DNA of 64,000 bases from the human T2T-CHM13v2.0 reference genome, Homo sapiens. The position numbers were made by a program, and so were the translations under genes. Position 1 is the stretch's first letter. The number at the start of each line of letters is the position of its first letter. The stretch lies in the NCBI RefSeq assembly GCF_009914755.1, contig NC_060925.1; one strand, written 5' to 3'. Shown one piece after another: positions 16,731-56,812 of this stretch. The notes beneath the pieces are model-generated. The model saw nothing but the letters and a program-made list of their open reading frames with translations, searched no databases and was not told where the DNA came from.

Positions 16731-17280
16731 CAAGTTACTACTAACGTAACAACTTAAAACTCCATCTCTTTATCAGGTCACAGTTCTGAAGGTCAGAAGC
16801 CCAGATATGGTGTGACAGGGTTTTCTGTTTAGAATGGCTGAGTTCTCATCTGAGGGATCTAGGGAAAATTCAGATTCAAGCTCGCCCTCATTCTCTGCTG
16901 AATTCAGGTCTCTGTGGTTGACGGACTGATGTCCTCATTTCCTTGCTGACATCAGCTGGCTCTCAGCCCAAAGGTCCATCTGCACCCTTGCCACATAGCT
17001 CTCTCTCCTTTAAGTCTGCAAAAACGTGCTGAATCTTCAGATTCAAGTCTCTGATTTCTTGTGCCGGCACCAGCCAGAGAAAATGCCCAGACTTTATGAT
17101 AAGGTCAGGCCTATCTGGATGATCTCTCTATCTTAAAGTCAAGTTAAGGTCATATAACGTAACCTAATCACAAGAGTAGGAATCTTCTATTATATTCACA
17201 GTCTTGGGAATTATGCATGGCATGTACAGATTGAAAGGCAAGAAATTTGGAATGCCATTCTAGAAGTTTGCCCAAAACAG
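16731..17280 (-). mobile_element. MLT1-type MaLR LTR
   Basis: Typical reverse-strand MLT1 motifs (CACAGTTCTGAAGGTCAGAAGCCCAG; GCCATTCTAGAAGTTTGCC). Confidence 0.65.
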
Positions 17281-17639
17281 GTAAGACTGCTGCTTCTCCC
17301 ATCAGCACCCCTGGGGATGCCTTAGAGCAATTCTTTCAGCTGGTCTTCTCTTCCCTAGTCTAGCTCTATAACTTCAGGTGACCTTTGTAAAGAGAGGTTG
17401 ACAGGACAATGTCTGTGTGCTTGATGTGGCACCACAGAATTGTGACCAGAGACTTCCCAGTGGGGCTCCGCTGTTCCAATATTTAGTATGTTGCACCAAC
17501 TAATACACAGTTTTTTTTGTTGTTGTTTTTGTTTTTTTTTTTAACAGAGTCTCATTCTAACACCAGGCTGGAGTACAGTGGTGTGATCTTGGGCTTGGCT
17601 GTTCCAATATTTAGTATGTTGCACTAACTAACACACAGT

Positions 17640-17946
17640 TGTTCTTTTTTTATTATTATTATTTTAGACAGAGTCTCGCCCTAACACCAGGCTGCAGTAC
17701 AGTGGCGCCATCTTGGCTCACTGCAACCTCTGCTGCCTCCTGGGTTCAAGCAATTCTCCTGCCTCAGCCTCCTGAGTAGCTGGGATTACAAGCACGCGAC
17801 ACAATGCCTGGCTACTTTTTGAATTTTTAGTAGAGACTGGGTTTCACCATGTTGGCCAGGATGGTCTCAATCTCTTGACCTCGTGATCCACCTGCCTCGG
17901 CCTCCCAAAGCACTGGGATTACAGGTGTGAGCCACTGCGCCTGGCT
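17640..17946 (-). mobile_element. Alu (AluSc-like)
   Basis: Full reverse Alu; near-exact TSD C(A/C)GTTGTTCTT; its 3' end is duplicated at 17510-17592. Confidence 0.93.
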
Positions 17947-18249
17947 CCGTTGTTCTTATTCGAAGGGGAACACCTAGTAGGTGAGTGACCTGCCCAACTT
18001 GCTTGGTCAAGCAAAGTCTTATGCCTATCTCATGGGGACATCACCCAAGGATGATTATCGGATGGTTACCTCAATGTACCACCTGTCCTTTAAAGCTGGG
18101 AAAGCCTGTAGGACTTTCCTGCTGCTCTGCCCCTGCTCTTTGTCTTCCCTGACAGTCCCATGCTGTCTATGGGGATATAATTCATTTATTCACTCATGTG
18201 CTTAAGAAAATATCAGTTGAGCACCTATGATAAGCATGTGCCAGTAAAT

Positions 18250-18905
18250 GCACAAACGTTATTTCTGTAGCAGCTGGATTATTACAGCAGCATTCAGATT
18301 GGTCTTCCTGCTTCTACCATTGCCTTTCTGTAGCCAATTTCCTACACACACGACTGATGATCCTTTTAAAAGAATTTACATAATGCCATTCTTCTGGTCA
18401 AAACCCTCCAATGGCTTTCCAGCTGTTACAGTAAAAGCTAGAGTCCTCACCATGGCCTATAAGGCCTGAACCACCTGCAGCCCCTCTGACCTCACCTCCT
18501 GTGCATCTCTCTCTCCTACTCTGCTCCGGCCACACTGGTTTGCTTGGTTCCTCCTCAGGCCATGTGTTCCCACGTCACGACCTCTGCACATGCCAAAGCC
18601 TCTCTCTAGACCGCCATCCCCCAGACACCGGCAGGGCTTGCTTCCTTCAACTCTCTGCTCAGATGCTGTATTCTCAGTAATATCTTCCCTGACCACCTTC
18701 TATGGAGTAGCACATCCACTTCCCTTTTCATTTCCCATCCTTTTATTTTTTCCTCCATGGCCTTACTACTCTGTGGCATTTTATTTATGTACTTGTCTGT
18801 CTGTGTCTCCCACCAGAATATAAGCTATAGCAGCACAGAGACTGTCTTCTTTGCTGCTGTATCTCCAGGACGTACATTTCCTGGTACACAGTGATGGATG
18901 AATGT
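18250..18905 (+). mobile_element. L2 LINE 3' fragment
   Basis: L2-like pyrimidine-rich consensus (CAAAACCCTCCAATGGCTTTCC; CTGCTGTATCTCCAG) ending in an ATGAATG-type tail. Confidence 0.7.
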
Positions 18906-18967
18906 GTTGTAAGTACCGTGCTATATTCTGGGTATAAAGAGATGAATAGCACAAGATTTTTTAGATT

Positions 18968-19257
<290 letters not shown>

Positions 19258-20516
19258 AGATTTTTACCTTTGGAGGAGTTCATAACTGGGTGGCAGGAGA
19301 AGAGGCAGATGCCAGCAATCAGGGGGTGCTGTAAGGGAAGGCCAAGGGAGCAGAGGCTGGGCCTGGAGAATCACAAAAGCCTTGGGGAGCAGTAACAGTT
19401 GAGCCCATCCTGGAGGATGAGCAAGGAGTGACTGGGGAGAATGCGGGGGAGGCCTCTCACACCCCCTCTCACTTCCCCTTGTCCCTCTGCTTCAGTCATG
19501 GTGGCTGGTGGCTGTCCTCGATCCCCACTGGCTAGGGGTAGATGTGTTGCCCGGGTCACATGCTTCCTCAGAGTCAATCACTGAGGCTGGGAAGATAGAA
19601 TGATCTCGTTGACCAGGCTTGGGTCATGTATTCCCCTTGGATAATGAGAAAGGGAGGGAGGTTCACTCCTATCAATCACAGAGCCTGGGAGAAAGGGGGT
19701 TCCTAAAAGGAGAATTTAGCTGCTATTTCCATACAGTGAAATGAACAGTGGGCTGGCCAAACAACACAATGGTCTCTCTTCCCACTTGGTTATTTTCACA
19801 TCCATACTTTTTCTTTGTTCTGTTTTCAGTTTTCCTGTACTTAGGAAACTGTACCCTAAATATGCCAGAACTCTTGTTCTGTGTCCAGCCAGGAAGATGC
19901 CACAGGATGCCAGTAGCAGCTGGGCGTGGGGGACATCCAGGCATGCGGTGTAGGAAGGGGTGGGGTGAGGGTGTAGAGTCATCTCTGCTTCTGTCCTACT
20001 GGGTTACTGGCAGGATAGAACATTGTTCTGCACAGAGATTAGAACTCAGGGTATGAATGGCTCAGAGTTTAGGTACAGACTGCATTAAACAGTCATTCTA
20101 TAACCACCGCTGACAAGACAACCAGCTTACAATAAAGTATTATTAGCCTTTGACTTGTTTGTAAGAAGGAATTATCTTGTTTAACCACATGAAACCTTCT
20201 GCTTTACTTCCCAAATGTTCCTTTAACAGTTTGATGACCATTCATCCTGGTTTGCTCGGGATTGAGGGGCTTTCTAAGACACAGAATTTGCAGTTTAAAA
20301 ATTAGGACAGTTCTGGGAAAAGGGTAGATATGAAAACAAAATAAACAGTGTTTTTTGGACTTTAGGGTATTTTATAATTGTAGAGACTGTAGAGTTGTAC
20401 CTACAAACTGTTTTAATAAAGAACTGTACTGCATCCTGTCATAAGTGAGGCTGCACCCAGGTGTTGCAGAAGAAATCTTTGGAATCACCTGTTCCTTAGG
20501 TAATTAATTCTACCTT

Positions 20517-20893
20517 GTGTGTTAGCTCAGGCTACTATAATAGAGTACCACAGATGAGTGGCTTAAACAAAAAAACATTTATTTCTTACAACTCTGGAGG
20601 CTGAAGTTTAAGATCAGGGTGCCAACACGACTGGGTTCTTGGGGAAGGCCCTCATCTTGGTTGACAGAGAGCAGTCTTCTCCTCGTATCTTCACATGGCA
20701 GAGAGCAGAGAGATAGAAAGCAAGTTTTCTCCCGCCTTTTTCTAAGGGTACTAATCACATTCATGAGGACTCCACTCTAGTGACCTGATTACCTAATTGC
20801 TTCTTTAAGGCCCCACACTTTAATACCTTCACCTTGTGGGTTAGGATTTCAACAATATGAATTTTGGGGGGACACAAACATCCGTCCATTGGA
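20517..20893 (-). mobile_element. MLT1A-type MaLR LTR
   Basis: Reverse MaLR motifs (CATTTATTTCTTACAACTCTGGAGGCTG; GGGTTAGGATTTCAAC; GGGGACACAAACAT). Confidence 0.8.
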
Positions 20894-22056
20894 TGTTGAT
20901 TAGATAGGAAGCAAAAGTTGGATTCAGTATGGTACAGTACTTTAAGATCCCATTTATTTTAAAATTTGTTTCAATTTATGCCATCTTCTTTTGTTGTTAA
21001 TCTCTAAGAGATATAAGCTATTTAATTTTTTGTTATTGTTACCTAATAACACATACAGGAAACTGTAGAAATTAAGCATCAAATCAATGAATTTTCTAAC
21101 AAGAAGATATCCGTGGAACTACCATCCAAATAATTCATTTTCCATGGATAAAGTACATTCAACTATGGAGTCTTTTTTTCTGTTTTGTGAGACGTTGATT
21201 CACCATATCTGAATTCCATGTATCTTTGAGCTACTTAAACTGATGCCAGAATTCCAGGCACAGCAACAAAACAAAAGAACCCAACTTCCGGTGAGCCTTG
21301 CAAATCCAAACTGCTTTTCAGTGATGGAAAATGCTACCTGATTAACATTTAAAACGAGTACTTTTGATACAAGAGATACATATACTTTTTTCCTTTTTTT
21401 TGGAAGCTCCTCCTATGAATTTACTTTACTATATCAACTTTTCATTGTATTCAACATATATGGACTGCAAAATAAATCAAGGTGGAAGGCCCTACATTAA
21501 CAGTTGGGATAATAAATAGTATACTGTTATAATAATAGAGCATTACAAATGTTGCAGAAATGATGGTGATGACAGCTATATTTTACAAATCCAACTTTGT
21601 TTTTTTAGATAATCATTGGACTGGCATATGTCTCAGGCTAAAGGGAAACCAAGAGGTCCATGTGTGGGCAGAAACCAATTAAGTTGAGCACTCACTGAAC
21701 TGCTTTCTCAGCCAGGATGGGGAACGACTGACTACAAATTAAGCTGTACACATGTTAGACTGAAAGAGTTTACAGGTAAATGTGGCCCAAGGCCACTGCC
21801 ACGTCATTCGTTGGCCGGAACACTTGCAGTGGTAAAGTGAGACGGAGAAGCTATTTAATTCTTTGCAAGAGGAGATCTTTATACACTTTGGTGTGAAAGT
21901 AAAGAGGGAAAACTGGGCGTCCTATGCATGGCTGAGGACGGGAAGCCTGCCTACACCAGTGGTTCTCAACCCTAGCGCACTTCAGGAACTTCCTGGAGTT
22001 TAGAAAGAAGAAAAAAGAATACAGGTGCTCAAGACTCGCTCAAGACCAATTACTCA

Positions 22057-22457
22057 TGTTAAACAAGATTTATGGGAGGCCATTGTTTTGGACTAACCTC
22101 CTGCACTAGGTCCTAGCAGACTAGACCAAACCAGAATGGAGTCACTTGTGCCAAGTGCCATGTAACCAAACTGAACTTTGAAACAGGCCCGTTTTCCCAA
22201 AAAACAGGAGATTCTAGTTAACCTGAGTCAGTACAATAACGAAGTCCAATCTGTTTTAACCCTATAAGGAAAGTAACTTTGAAATACCCACTCTTTGTTT
22301 TGTTCTTTAGCCTTTTTTTGCCCATAAAGCCAACCTCCTCTGCACAACTCATTGGAACACTCTATTTGCTTTATGAAATGATCTATTTCTCGATTCTAGA
22401 TCCTAAATATAAGCCAATTAGATCTTTAAACTAAACTTGTAATTTTGTCTTCTGACA
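22057..22457 (+). mobile_element. ERV1 (MER4-group) solo LTR nested in a MER5-type DNA element (about 21957-22545)
   Basis: TG...CA termini; GGAGGCCATTGTTTTGGAC and AATGGAGTCAC motifs; near-TSD CTCA/CTCC; MER5 terminus CAGTGGTTCTCAA upstream. Confidence 0.65.
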
Positions 22458-23049
22458 CTCCCTATTACTGCAGGTGAAACCCAGGCATCAGAGCAAGTTT
22501 AAAACTCCCCAGCTGATTCTATTCTGCAGGAATGTTTGAGAACAAAGTTGGAGTCATTAACATGGCATCCCCCTTTGAGGAATGCTTCCAGGTCACAAAA
22601 CTTCTACAAAAGGGCTGTCCCGGCAGCCTTGGGCAATTTCAGCTCCTAGGTCCGGAGTCAAGGGGCAGAACTTGGGTGATGGCGCTGACTTGAAGCAGCA
22701 ATAGTTTAATAACTGACGTTCTCACGCACTTATCTCTGCAAATACCCCACAAAAGCCCTGAACCCAGAATGAAACTTAAGAGACCGTACAACCCGCTCCG
22801 CCTATAGGAACTGCCGCGGCACAGGCGCCAATGCCGAGGGCTGAATGCGCAGGCGCGGACCGGGGACTCGGGAGAAGGCGCATGCGTGGTCTTGAGGGCG
22901 GTGCTTCCGGTCAAAGCACCGCTTGGGGGCGGGGCCTGCGACACGCGGTGGGCGGGTCCTGAGTCGCGACCCTGGTCCGGACCTGACCTGAATTGCGACC
23001 CCAACCTGGACTGCTCCCCTGACCGCAACCCCTACCCCCGCCCACCAGC

Positions 23050-50573
<27,524 letters not shown>

Positions 50574-51106
50574 AGACACGTGCATTCCTGCCTTCCGTGA
50601 AGGAGTGCCCAGTTCAAGAGGAGCCTGATGGAGCCCTGCCTGTCGAGGCTGTATGCCTATGGGGTTATGGAACCTTGTGGGCTTTTCTAGAGAAAACTCA
50701 ACAGCTGTTTCCCATAAAATGTTTAAAAGATCAAATTAGCCTTAATGCTGGATTGTCTGTACAAGATTAACTATCCATTGTGGCTTATCTATGCTTAAAG
50801 ATTTCTTGTTTATTTCCTCTTGCAGTCATGCACATGATTTGGGTAAACTGTGAGATGAGAAATGGTTTTCAGAGTATTAGATGGAATTCACCCCCGTTGA
50901 AGTTTATAAATGTGTTCAGGGGAAGCGGGAGGAAAGAGTTCACTGCCTAATCAGTTTTGCATGTCATGAAAATTAAATTCCTCTCCAGGTGCAGCTTCAG
51001 CCTCATGCAACTTAAAGTGATAACAGTTATTTGATTTTTTAAAAAATATTATTCCAAAAGAAAACCATTTTAGGTCATCTCCCCCAACTCTGTTTGCTTA
51101 CTGCTT

Positions 51107-51124
51107 AATAAATATAAAAATAAA
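51107..51124 (+). terminator. NTPCR: Tandem AATAAA polyadenylation signals (proximal NTPCR 3' end)
   Basis: AATAAA at 51107-51112 and 51119-51124, about 540 nt after the stop; GT-rich sequence downstream. Confidence 0.65.
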
Positions 51125-54060
51125 TCTGATGGTTACAGACAGGAGGCATTGTGTGGGAGGAATACACAACCTTTGGAAGTGTTGATAGCATCTGATATTC
51201 AGCCGACCAGATGACAAGAGCTCAGGCCCACGGGTTTGCATAAGAGCACTGCTTTGCCTTAGTTTACTCGGGAGCAATTTTGAATCTTTCTATGCCTAGT
51301 TTCCCTTCCAGAAAAGCAGGAAGTGGCTGTCATCTCAGGAGTGATGTCACACCACAGAAGGAAACTGTCAACCACTCCACACAACTGTGGAGAGTGCCCA
51401 GTGCCAGGGGCTGGGCTTATCAGGAATAATGGTGTAGCAATGCGGAGTTCAGCCCATAACAGGGGTACTATAAAAATGAAGTAGGAAAGTAGAAGAGACC
51501 CCTGAAACCCCAGAACTGATAGAGGATAAAAACTTCCCTCCAAGTGGTAGATGGTACTGGAGTGATAAACAGTTCAGTGTTTTTAGGTCATTTTTGGTGA
51601 AGATCTATGAATTTCCAGGATTTTTTTTTAACAAATTAGCATTGGCTACAAACCCACTGGTATAAGCAGCAGTGTGCCTTCTCTCTAACTGTGGACAAGT
51701 CGGGCATGTGGCGGGTGAGGAGCCCTGGGCTGGGCACTGGGGCACAGTGAATGGGGCGGGAGGGGCTCACATCAAAACCAAAATGGCACGCAGCCCAGGT
51801 CTGGTTCCTCCATCAGTGTCTCTTTCCTCAGCGCTTTTCTTCCGAGGTAACTTTGTGAAGCTTGACTTGGACTTGCCTAGCCTTGGAGGGACCACAACAG
51901 GGAGGCCTAATAGATTATGAACTAAGCCCTCAAAAGGGCTACCTGCCCAGGAGGAGGAAGTGGGCATCTCCTTCCACAGTCCCTGCCTGGCGGGGCTGTT
52001 CAGGGAGACTGAGTTCCGAGCTCAGGATGTCTGGCAGGCTGGCTGTGACTTCCAGCCACCATCACCAGGACACCGGTGTGGGCTGCATGCCTCAGTGGGC
52101 CAGGAGAGGCACGGCCTCTGAGTTGGGTAGAGGCTTCCCACAAAGGCCTGGGAACCTGATCCTGGCCGTAAATCTGAAAGTACCACAGCCCTCAGGAGAA
52201 CCAAGAGATAGGGAGGCAGGCTGGGGAAATGTCATCAATGTGCACCCAGGCGTGGTGGAGCTGGTCAGCCCCAGCTGGAGTGGGACCCCATCAAGATGGA
52301 GCCTTTCCTGGCACCTCCGGGAGGCCGTTTTGCGTTTCCGCCCTTCATGCATCTGAAACACCAAGGGCCATGTTCCTTCTGGTGCTTGTCCTTTTGAGCT
52401 TGGTGTTTCAGCCGTGTCTGTTTTGTAGACTTTGATTTTGTCTTAAATGAGAAAGAAAGCTGGTGAAGGTTATTTCAAAGTTAAATAGCTAGTCTGAGGG
52501 GCTTATCACTGAAGCCAGTTGTGCTTATGTGGGGTGGGAGTGTCACTGCCTACTTGAAAGTATGCACTTGTGTGGAACAGATTCAGGGTGGCCCCTAGCA
52601 CTTGGGGCTGCGGGAGCTTCTGCACACTTTCCCTTTAACGGTAAAGAGACAAGCTTGGAGTGTTTAAGTGGTTCGTTCAGGAGCACAGTGATAGCGGTGA
52701 CAAAGGAGATTTGAACCCACGTCTGCGTGGCTCCAAAGTTCACTCTTTCATCACTCCCTGCTGCGTCCTTCTTGAGGCTTTAGCATTTTTAGTGTGTTTT
52801 GTGCCCCCAGACCTCAGAGTTGACATTTAGCAGTGATAAACTGCTGTAAATCCAAAGAACGTTTAGTGTCTCTTGTGGTGAGGTCCTGAAATGATTGTTG
52901 TATTAGTCAAACAGAATGATCATGGAGCATGTATGGAGATGTCAGATGCAATCCCTGTATTGTAAGGCAATGACATTTAATGAAGGATAAGATGAATTCA
53001 CAGATAACTAGAACTCAGGGCCAAACGCACACAGCCTGTAGCAACAGTGTCACACTGAGATTTAAAGGAAGAAGAGGTGCCGTGGCAGAACTCCACATGT
53101 GACCGTCCCCTCCCTGCACGCAGCCAGGATGAGAGGAGCAGAGCTGAGCGCCACCTCCCTGTCGGTGCCACGGCTGAGGTGAGGAGCTCTTGCCGGATGG
53201 TGGGGTGGGGGCAGCAGGGCAGATTGAAGTCAGGGATTCTCTTATACCTGAGTTTGGAATGCCTCCTATTCAAACAAAGCAAAATATCTAACAGATGGTT
53301 GGATATGAGTCTCAGGGAGGAATTCAATTTGAAAAGCACAGAATTAACATGTATTGCTTATATGAAGAATCTCAGCTAGAATAACAAGGTCGGATGGGAG
53401 GAATCAGGACTGATTTGAAGCACGATTTACTAAATCATTCTTTCCTTTTCCTCCTTAGCAGATCATACCGCCAGCTGCTTAACACGTAATAGTTTAATAA
53501 ATTGTTTCTTCTTACCTCTCAGTGAGGGTAAGCACATGCAGGGAGATGGGTGAGTCTTTTAAATGGATAGTGTCATCTCTGATGATCAGCCTTGACAGGG
53601 AGAGATCCTAGTAAAGCTGCAAATTCAGGCACTCAGTTCCCAGCCCTCCAGTTATCAAGGGGGTGGGAACGCTGGTGGGCTGGAAAATGTGGAACAGACC
53701 TGCTCCTCTTCTTTTCCTGCCAATTACCGTATTCATAGAAGGTTGTGTCTGTGGATCACACCTGTGTGTGTGCTGATGGCGGATGCTTGTGTAGCATAGT
53801 GACTTGGGACAAAACAGCATGGTAGATGAGGCTGGAGACGGGTGGGCTAAGTAAACAGGCATTGCATTGCACATTTTGTGGGCAAAGAAGTTGAAGCATC
53901 GCATGATTTTAACAAATTACTTGCCAGATGATTTCAACACACTGCAAAATTTAGAATCAATAATGCCAAATTGGCCACATGATTTATATAAAACCAAGTG
54001 CTATGGTTTTAATATTATCTTTAGAGGAGAAACCATTTTGATCTGTGTCCAAATAACTCT

Positions 54061-54358
54061 TTTTTTTTTTTTTTTTTGAGACAGAGTCTCACTCTGTCGC
54101 TTGAGCTGGAGTGCAGTGGTGCTATCTCGGCTCACTGTAACCTCCGCCTCCTGGGTTCAAGCGATTCTCCTGCCTCAACCTCCTGAGTAGCTGGGATTAC
54201 AGGCACCCGCCACCACGCCCAGCTAATTTTTTGTATTTTTAGTAGAGACGGGGTTTCACCATGTTGGCCAAGCTGGTCTCGAACTCCTGACCTCATGATT
54301 TGCCTGCCTCAGCCTACAAAAGTGCTGGGATTACAGGCGTGAGCCACCGTGCCCAGCC
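54061..54358 (-). mobile_element. Alu (AluS-type)
   Basis: Reverse Alu; TSD CCAAATAACTCT at 54049-54060 and 54360-54371. Confidence 0.95.
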
Positions 54359-55789
54359 CCCAAATAACTCTTGAACTGGAAAATAACTCTTTAGCTATAT
54401 ACTGGCAGAATATTTGAACAACTCTAGCAAGAAATGTCAGTTTAGGGATGCCTCCTCTAAATGGGGGCTTAGAATATAACATTTTGCAGGAAGTCCTTTC
54501 TGATACATAGCTGACTAGATGAAGGACCAGATTAACAAGTTCATGAGTTGTAAATATAAAAGTTGTGTACCACGATAAAAAAGAAAAAGAAGTATGGCTG
54601 CACTGTTGATGGCTGGTCAAACAGCCCCCAAGAATCCTGGGGTGACTCCAATACTGCCACCTTTTCTCTGTGGGTGCAGTTGCCTGCGGATGTGTGTGCA
54701 CATCTGTGCCTCGGTATGCACACTCGAGATGCCCGCTCTCATAGACGGTGCAGAGCGTCACTGCATTCCTATCTGATTAATGTGACCTTAGTGTTGTAGA
54801 TACACTGTGTCACTTTCATCCTCCCTCCTCCCCACAAAAGATGCCACGAGAACTCGTGAACTGTGATAAGCAATGAACAGAATAACTGTTGAAGAAGCAC
54901 CTCATGAACCTCCCCAGAGAAACGGGATGGAGGAGCACCCAGGGTGCTCTTGCTCTCTTGCCTGCGCTGCCATTTCCTTCCAGCCTGGGTTTCTAGCTCT
55001 TTGGGGAGATTCCCCGTTTTGTGGAATGCTTTCTGTGTTTCCTACTTCTGGATGCCTAAGGAGTGGCCAGTCATACTCCTGGCTGACCACTGCCAGGCAC
55101 CGTGGTTTTCCTCACTGAACTCAAGGAGTCACCCTCCGTGGGGAGGCCACACTCACAGCTCCAGGCCTGCCATTTAGCCCTTGGGGCTTGGCTGTAAAGT
55201 TGCCCAAGAGGATTACAGGAGCTGCCAGCCAAGTTTAATTTGGCCACCTTAGAGAACTGCAGCAAGGCCCTATCAGCTTCCCATTAGACAAACAACTGCA
55301 TTTAAATTAAATAAAGTTTGCACCTCTAGGGAGTGCTGACCTGAAAATAAGAACCTTCTGTCTGTGATTATAGAGTACACTTGCTTTTATTAATTGCTGA
55401 TTCTTAGTTTACAAAAAAAAAAATTAGAAAAGCATTACCATTTACTTTCCAAGGGGCAAGAGATTCTCTACAATACCCTTCCCCCAACCCTCTCCTCAAA
55501 TTTCCAAATCCTAAATACTTTGAAGAAATTTGTGTGACTGTTTAAAATTGAGTATTTCCTTCTAACTATTGTCTTTTGAAAAGGTATGGTTCACCAGGCC
55601 AGTGATACTCTATGGACTGCATTTTGGGACCTCTACCCCAGCAAGGATACAGGTTCCTGGGGTCTTGAAGATGGGAAAAGTTGTCTCAGAATTTACCCAA
55701 ATGTCGTTCTCACCATAAAAGATATACTTGTAGAAATGAGAAGCTTCAGTATAACTCAAAACACTGGACGCAGCAATAACTATAAACAT

Positions 55790-55795
55790 TTTAAT
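55790..55795 (-). terminator. PCNX2: Candidate ATTAAA polyadenylation signal of PCNX2
   Basis: TTTAAT on + = ATTAAA on -, about 845 nt after the PCNX2 stop, followed on - by GT-rich sequence (TGTTTATAGTTATTGCTGCGTCCAGTGTTTTG); an AATAAA alternative lies at 55386-55391. Confidence 0.55.
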
Positions 55796-56638
55796 TTCAA
55801 AAACAAAGGTGTGTGCGATGTTGTGTGCACAGTAAGGGTTGCGGGGCTTGGAGAACGAGCACGCGTCCCTGTGAAGCCCGCAGGGTGCTGGCGGCCCACC
55901 AATCGCTTGGACTACAGTGAGGAGCATTGTGTGACTCCGCGGTGGATTTCCATGCACCGAATGGACTCAGTTTCTAAACTCACATCCTAACGTATCCTGG
56001 CTTTTCACAGAATACTGGAGACATGACTGCATGCATGATCACGGTTCTTGTGAAGCTGCCACCATGTTACGCTTAACAGCTGCATAAATATTATAAAGAA
56101 ATAGGGTTTTCTTGACACTTAGATTTAACCTTAATGCATCTGCCCAGCTGATGGTATCAGACGTGCTGCTGTTCATTTCTTTTTCATGGTAACAGTAATG
56201 TATAAAGTGCCGATGATGTAACATGCAGTTGTCTTATTTTCATCAGGGCATTTGTTTCATGGCTCTGTTGAGTTGTTTTAAGTTAGTGAATGGCTTTTGA
56301 GATTTCAGATTCTGGAACATGTGTGGTGCTGTCCGTGGTGTGCCGCTCTGGGCAGCGCTGTGCCTGGCCAGGGAGGTGTGGTGTGGCTTCTTTGTTGCTT
56401 TTTTTTGTTTCCCCATCATGTGAGGTTTTTTTGTTGTTGTTGTTTGATTTTTTTTTTTTTTTTTTTTTTTCAAAAACCTGAGATCAGTTCTGTGTTCTGG
56501 AACAGCTCTCCTTTTCCACAGGAGGAGTCCCTCATGGATTGCGGTATTGGTTGGTTGTGGTGATTTGGGGAGCACGAGGGAGAGCAATGCAGGTGGGAGG
56601 TGTGGGGGAGCCAGCCTCCCCGCCCGGCCGCACGCCCG

Positions 56639-56812
56639 TCACTGCTCGTCTGACACACTTTGCTGCGAGGCCGTGTCGTCCAGGCCCATGTCCTCCTGGC
56701 TTGCTCTCCTGCAGACAACCCCGAGAGTGTCCGCCACAGCCTCAGCCAGACATCGGTCATGAAGCTGCCCCTGCTCGGTGGCATCAGGGGGCTCACATGG
56801 CTCGGAGAGGTG
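56639..56812 (-). CDS. PCNX2: PCNX2 (pecanex-like protein 2) last coding exon, HLSEPCEPP...QSVSDEQ*
   Basis: Minus-strand polypyrimidine tract TTTCTCTCTTCTCTTTGGAAG| then 57 codons + TGA; phase 0 matches the upstream exon; C-terminus recognised. Confidence 0.92.
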   Translation of the reverse strand, partial: HLSEPCEPPDATEQGQLHDRCLAEAVADTLGVVCRRASQEDMGLDDTASQQSVSDEQ

